A stretch of DNA of 64,000 nt from Eledone cirrhosa (lineage: Eukaryota). The position numbers were made by a program, and so were the translations under genes. Positions within the stretch are counted from its first letter, which is position 1; each line of letters starts with the position of its first letter. Of this stretch, positions 63,713-64,000 are shown in pieces. The DNA is taken from the NCBI GenBank assembly GCA_964016885.1, contig OZ024747.1, positions 36,332,001 through 36,396,000 on the forward strand, in the 5' to 3' direction. The notes under the pieces are model-generated. The model saw only the letters and a list, made by a program, of their open reading frames with translations. It did not search any database and was not told the DNA's origin.

Positions 63713-64000
63713 ATATATTAAAATAACAGATTAAATTTTAAGCAAAGAATCGCTGCTTTCATCCTTAACGGGATCTTCTGAAACTAGAAAAGTCAATCTG
63801 TGAACGCGCAAGTAAGTATTTCAAAAAACGTTGCAACCGGAGGAAGACAGGAAGACGATACTTTGGTTCGTGGAAACGTTCCCTGGCAAAGAACGGGAAA
63901 AATATCAAAGATAATACATCATTATTTGTGGCGGTGAAAAACAATTAAACGCAAAGACAAAACCACGTTATTGGTATAAAAGAAGTCGTAGACTTATATT

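Overview
AT-rich, microsatellite-dense eukaryotic DNA with no prokaryotic genes. The tRNA-derived SINE family resembles the one abundant in octopod cephalopods, so that origin is inferred but not proven. The window is almost entirely mobile DNA. (1) Penelope-like elements (PLEs; RT + C-terminal GIY-YIG) of at least three lineages are present. Two are near-complete insertions with long inverted pseudo-LTR arms in (TA)n (158-5470 and 20001-26910), and there are several miniature fold-back derivatives. About a dozen minimal type I hammerhead ribozyme motifs lie in their termini, including U3-A8 core variants and extra-nucleotide variants. (2) A CRE-like RT+RLE retroelement. (3) A ~14 kb pile-up in a (TTA)n array: an R4/Dong-like element, two Tx1/L1-clade LINEs with near-identical ORF2 but divergent ORF1 and reciprocal deletions, and a 5'-inverted RTE. 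(4) A Chapaev3-like transposase remnant, non-autonomous Helitrons and about ten SINE copies. No host gene can be called with confidence; two weak candidate exons are noted. Family assignments come from reading motifs by eye, not from database searches.
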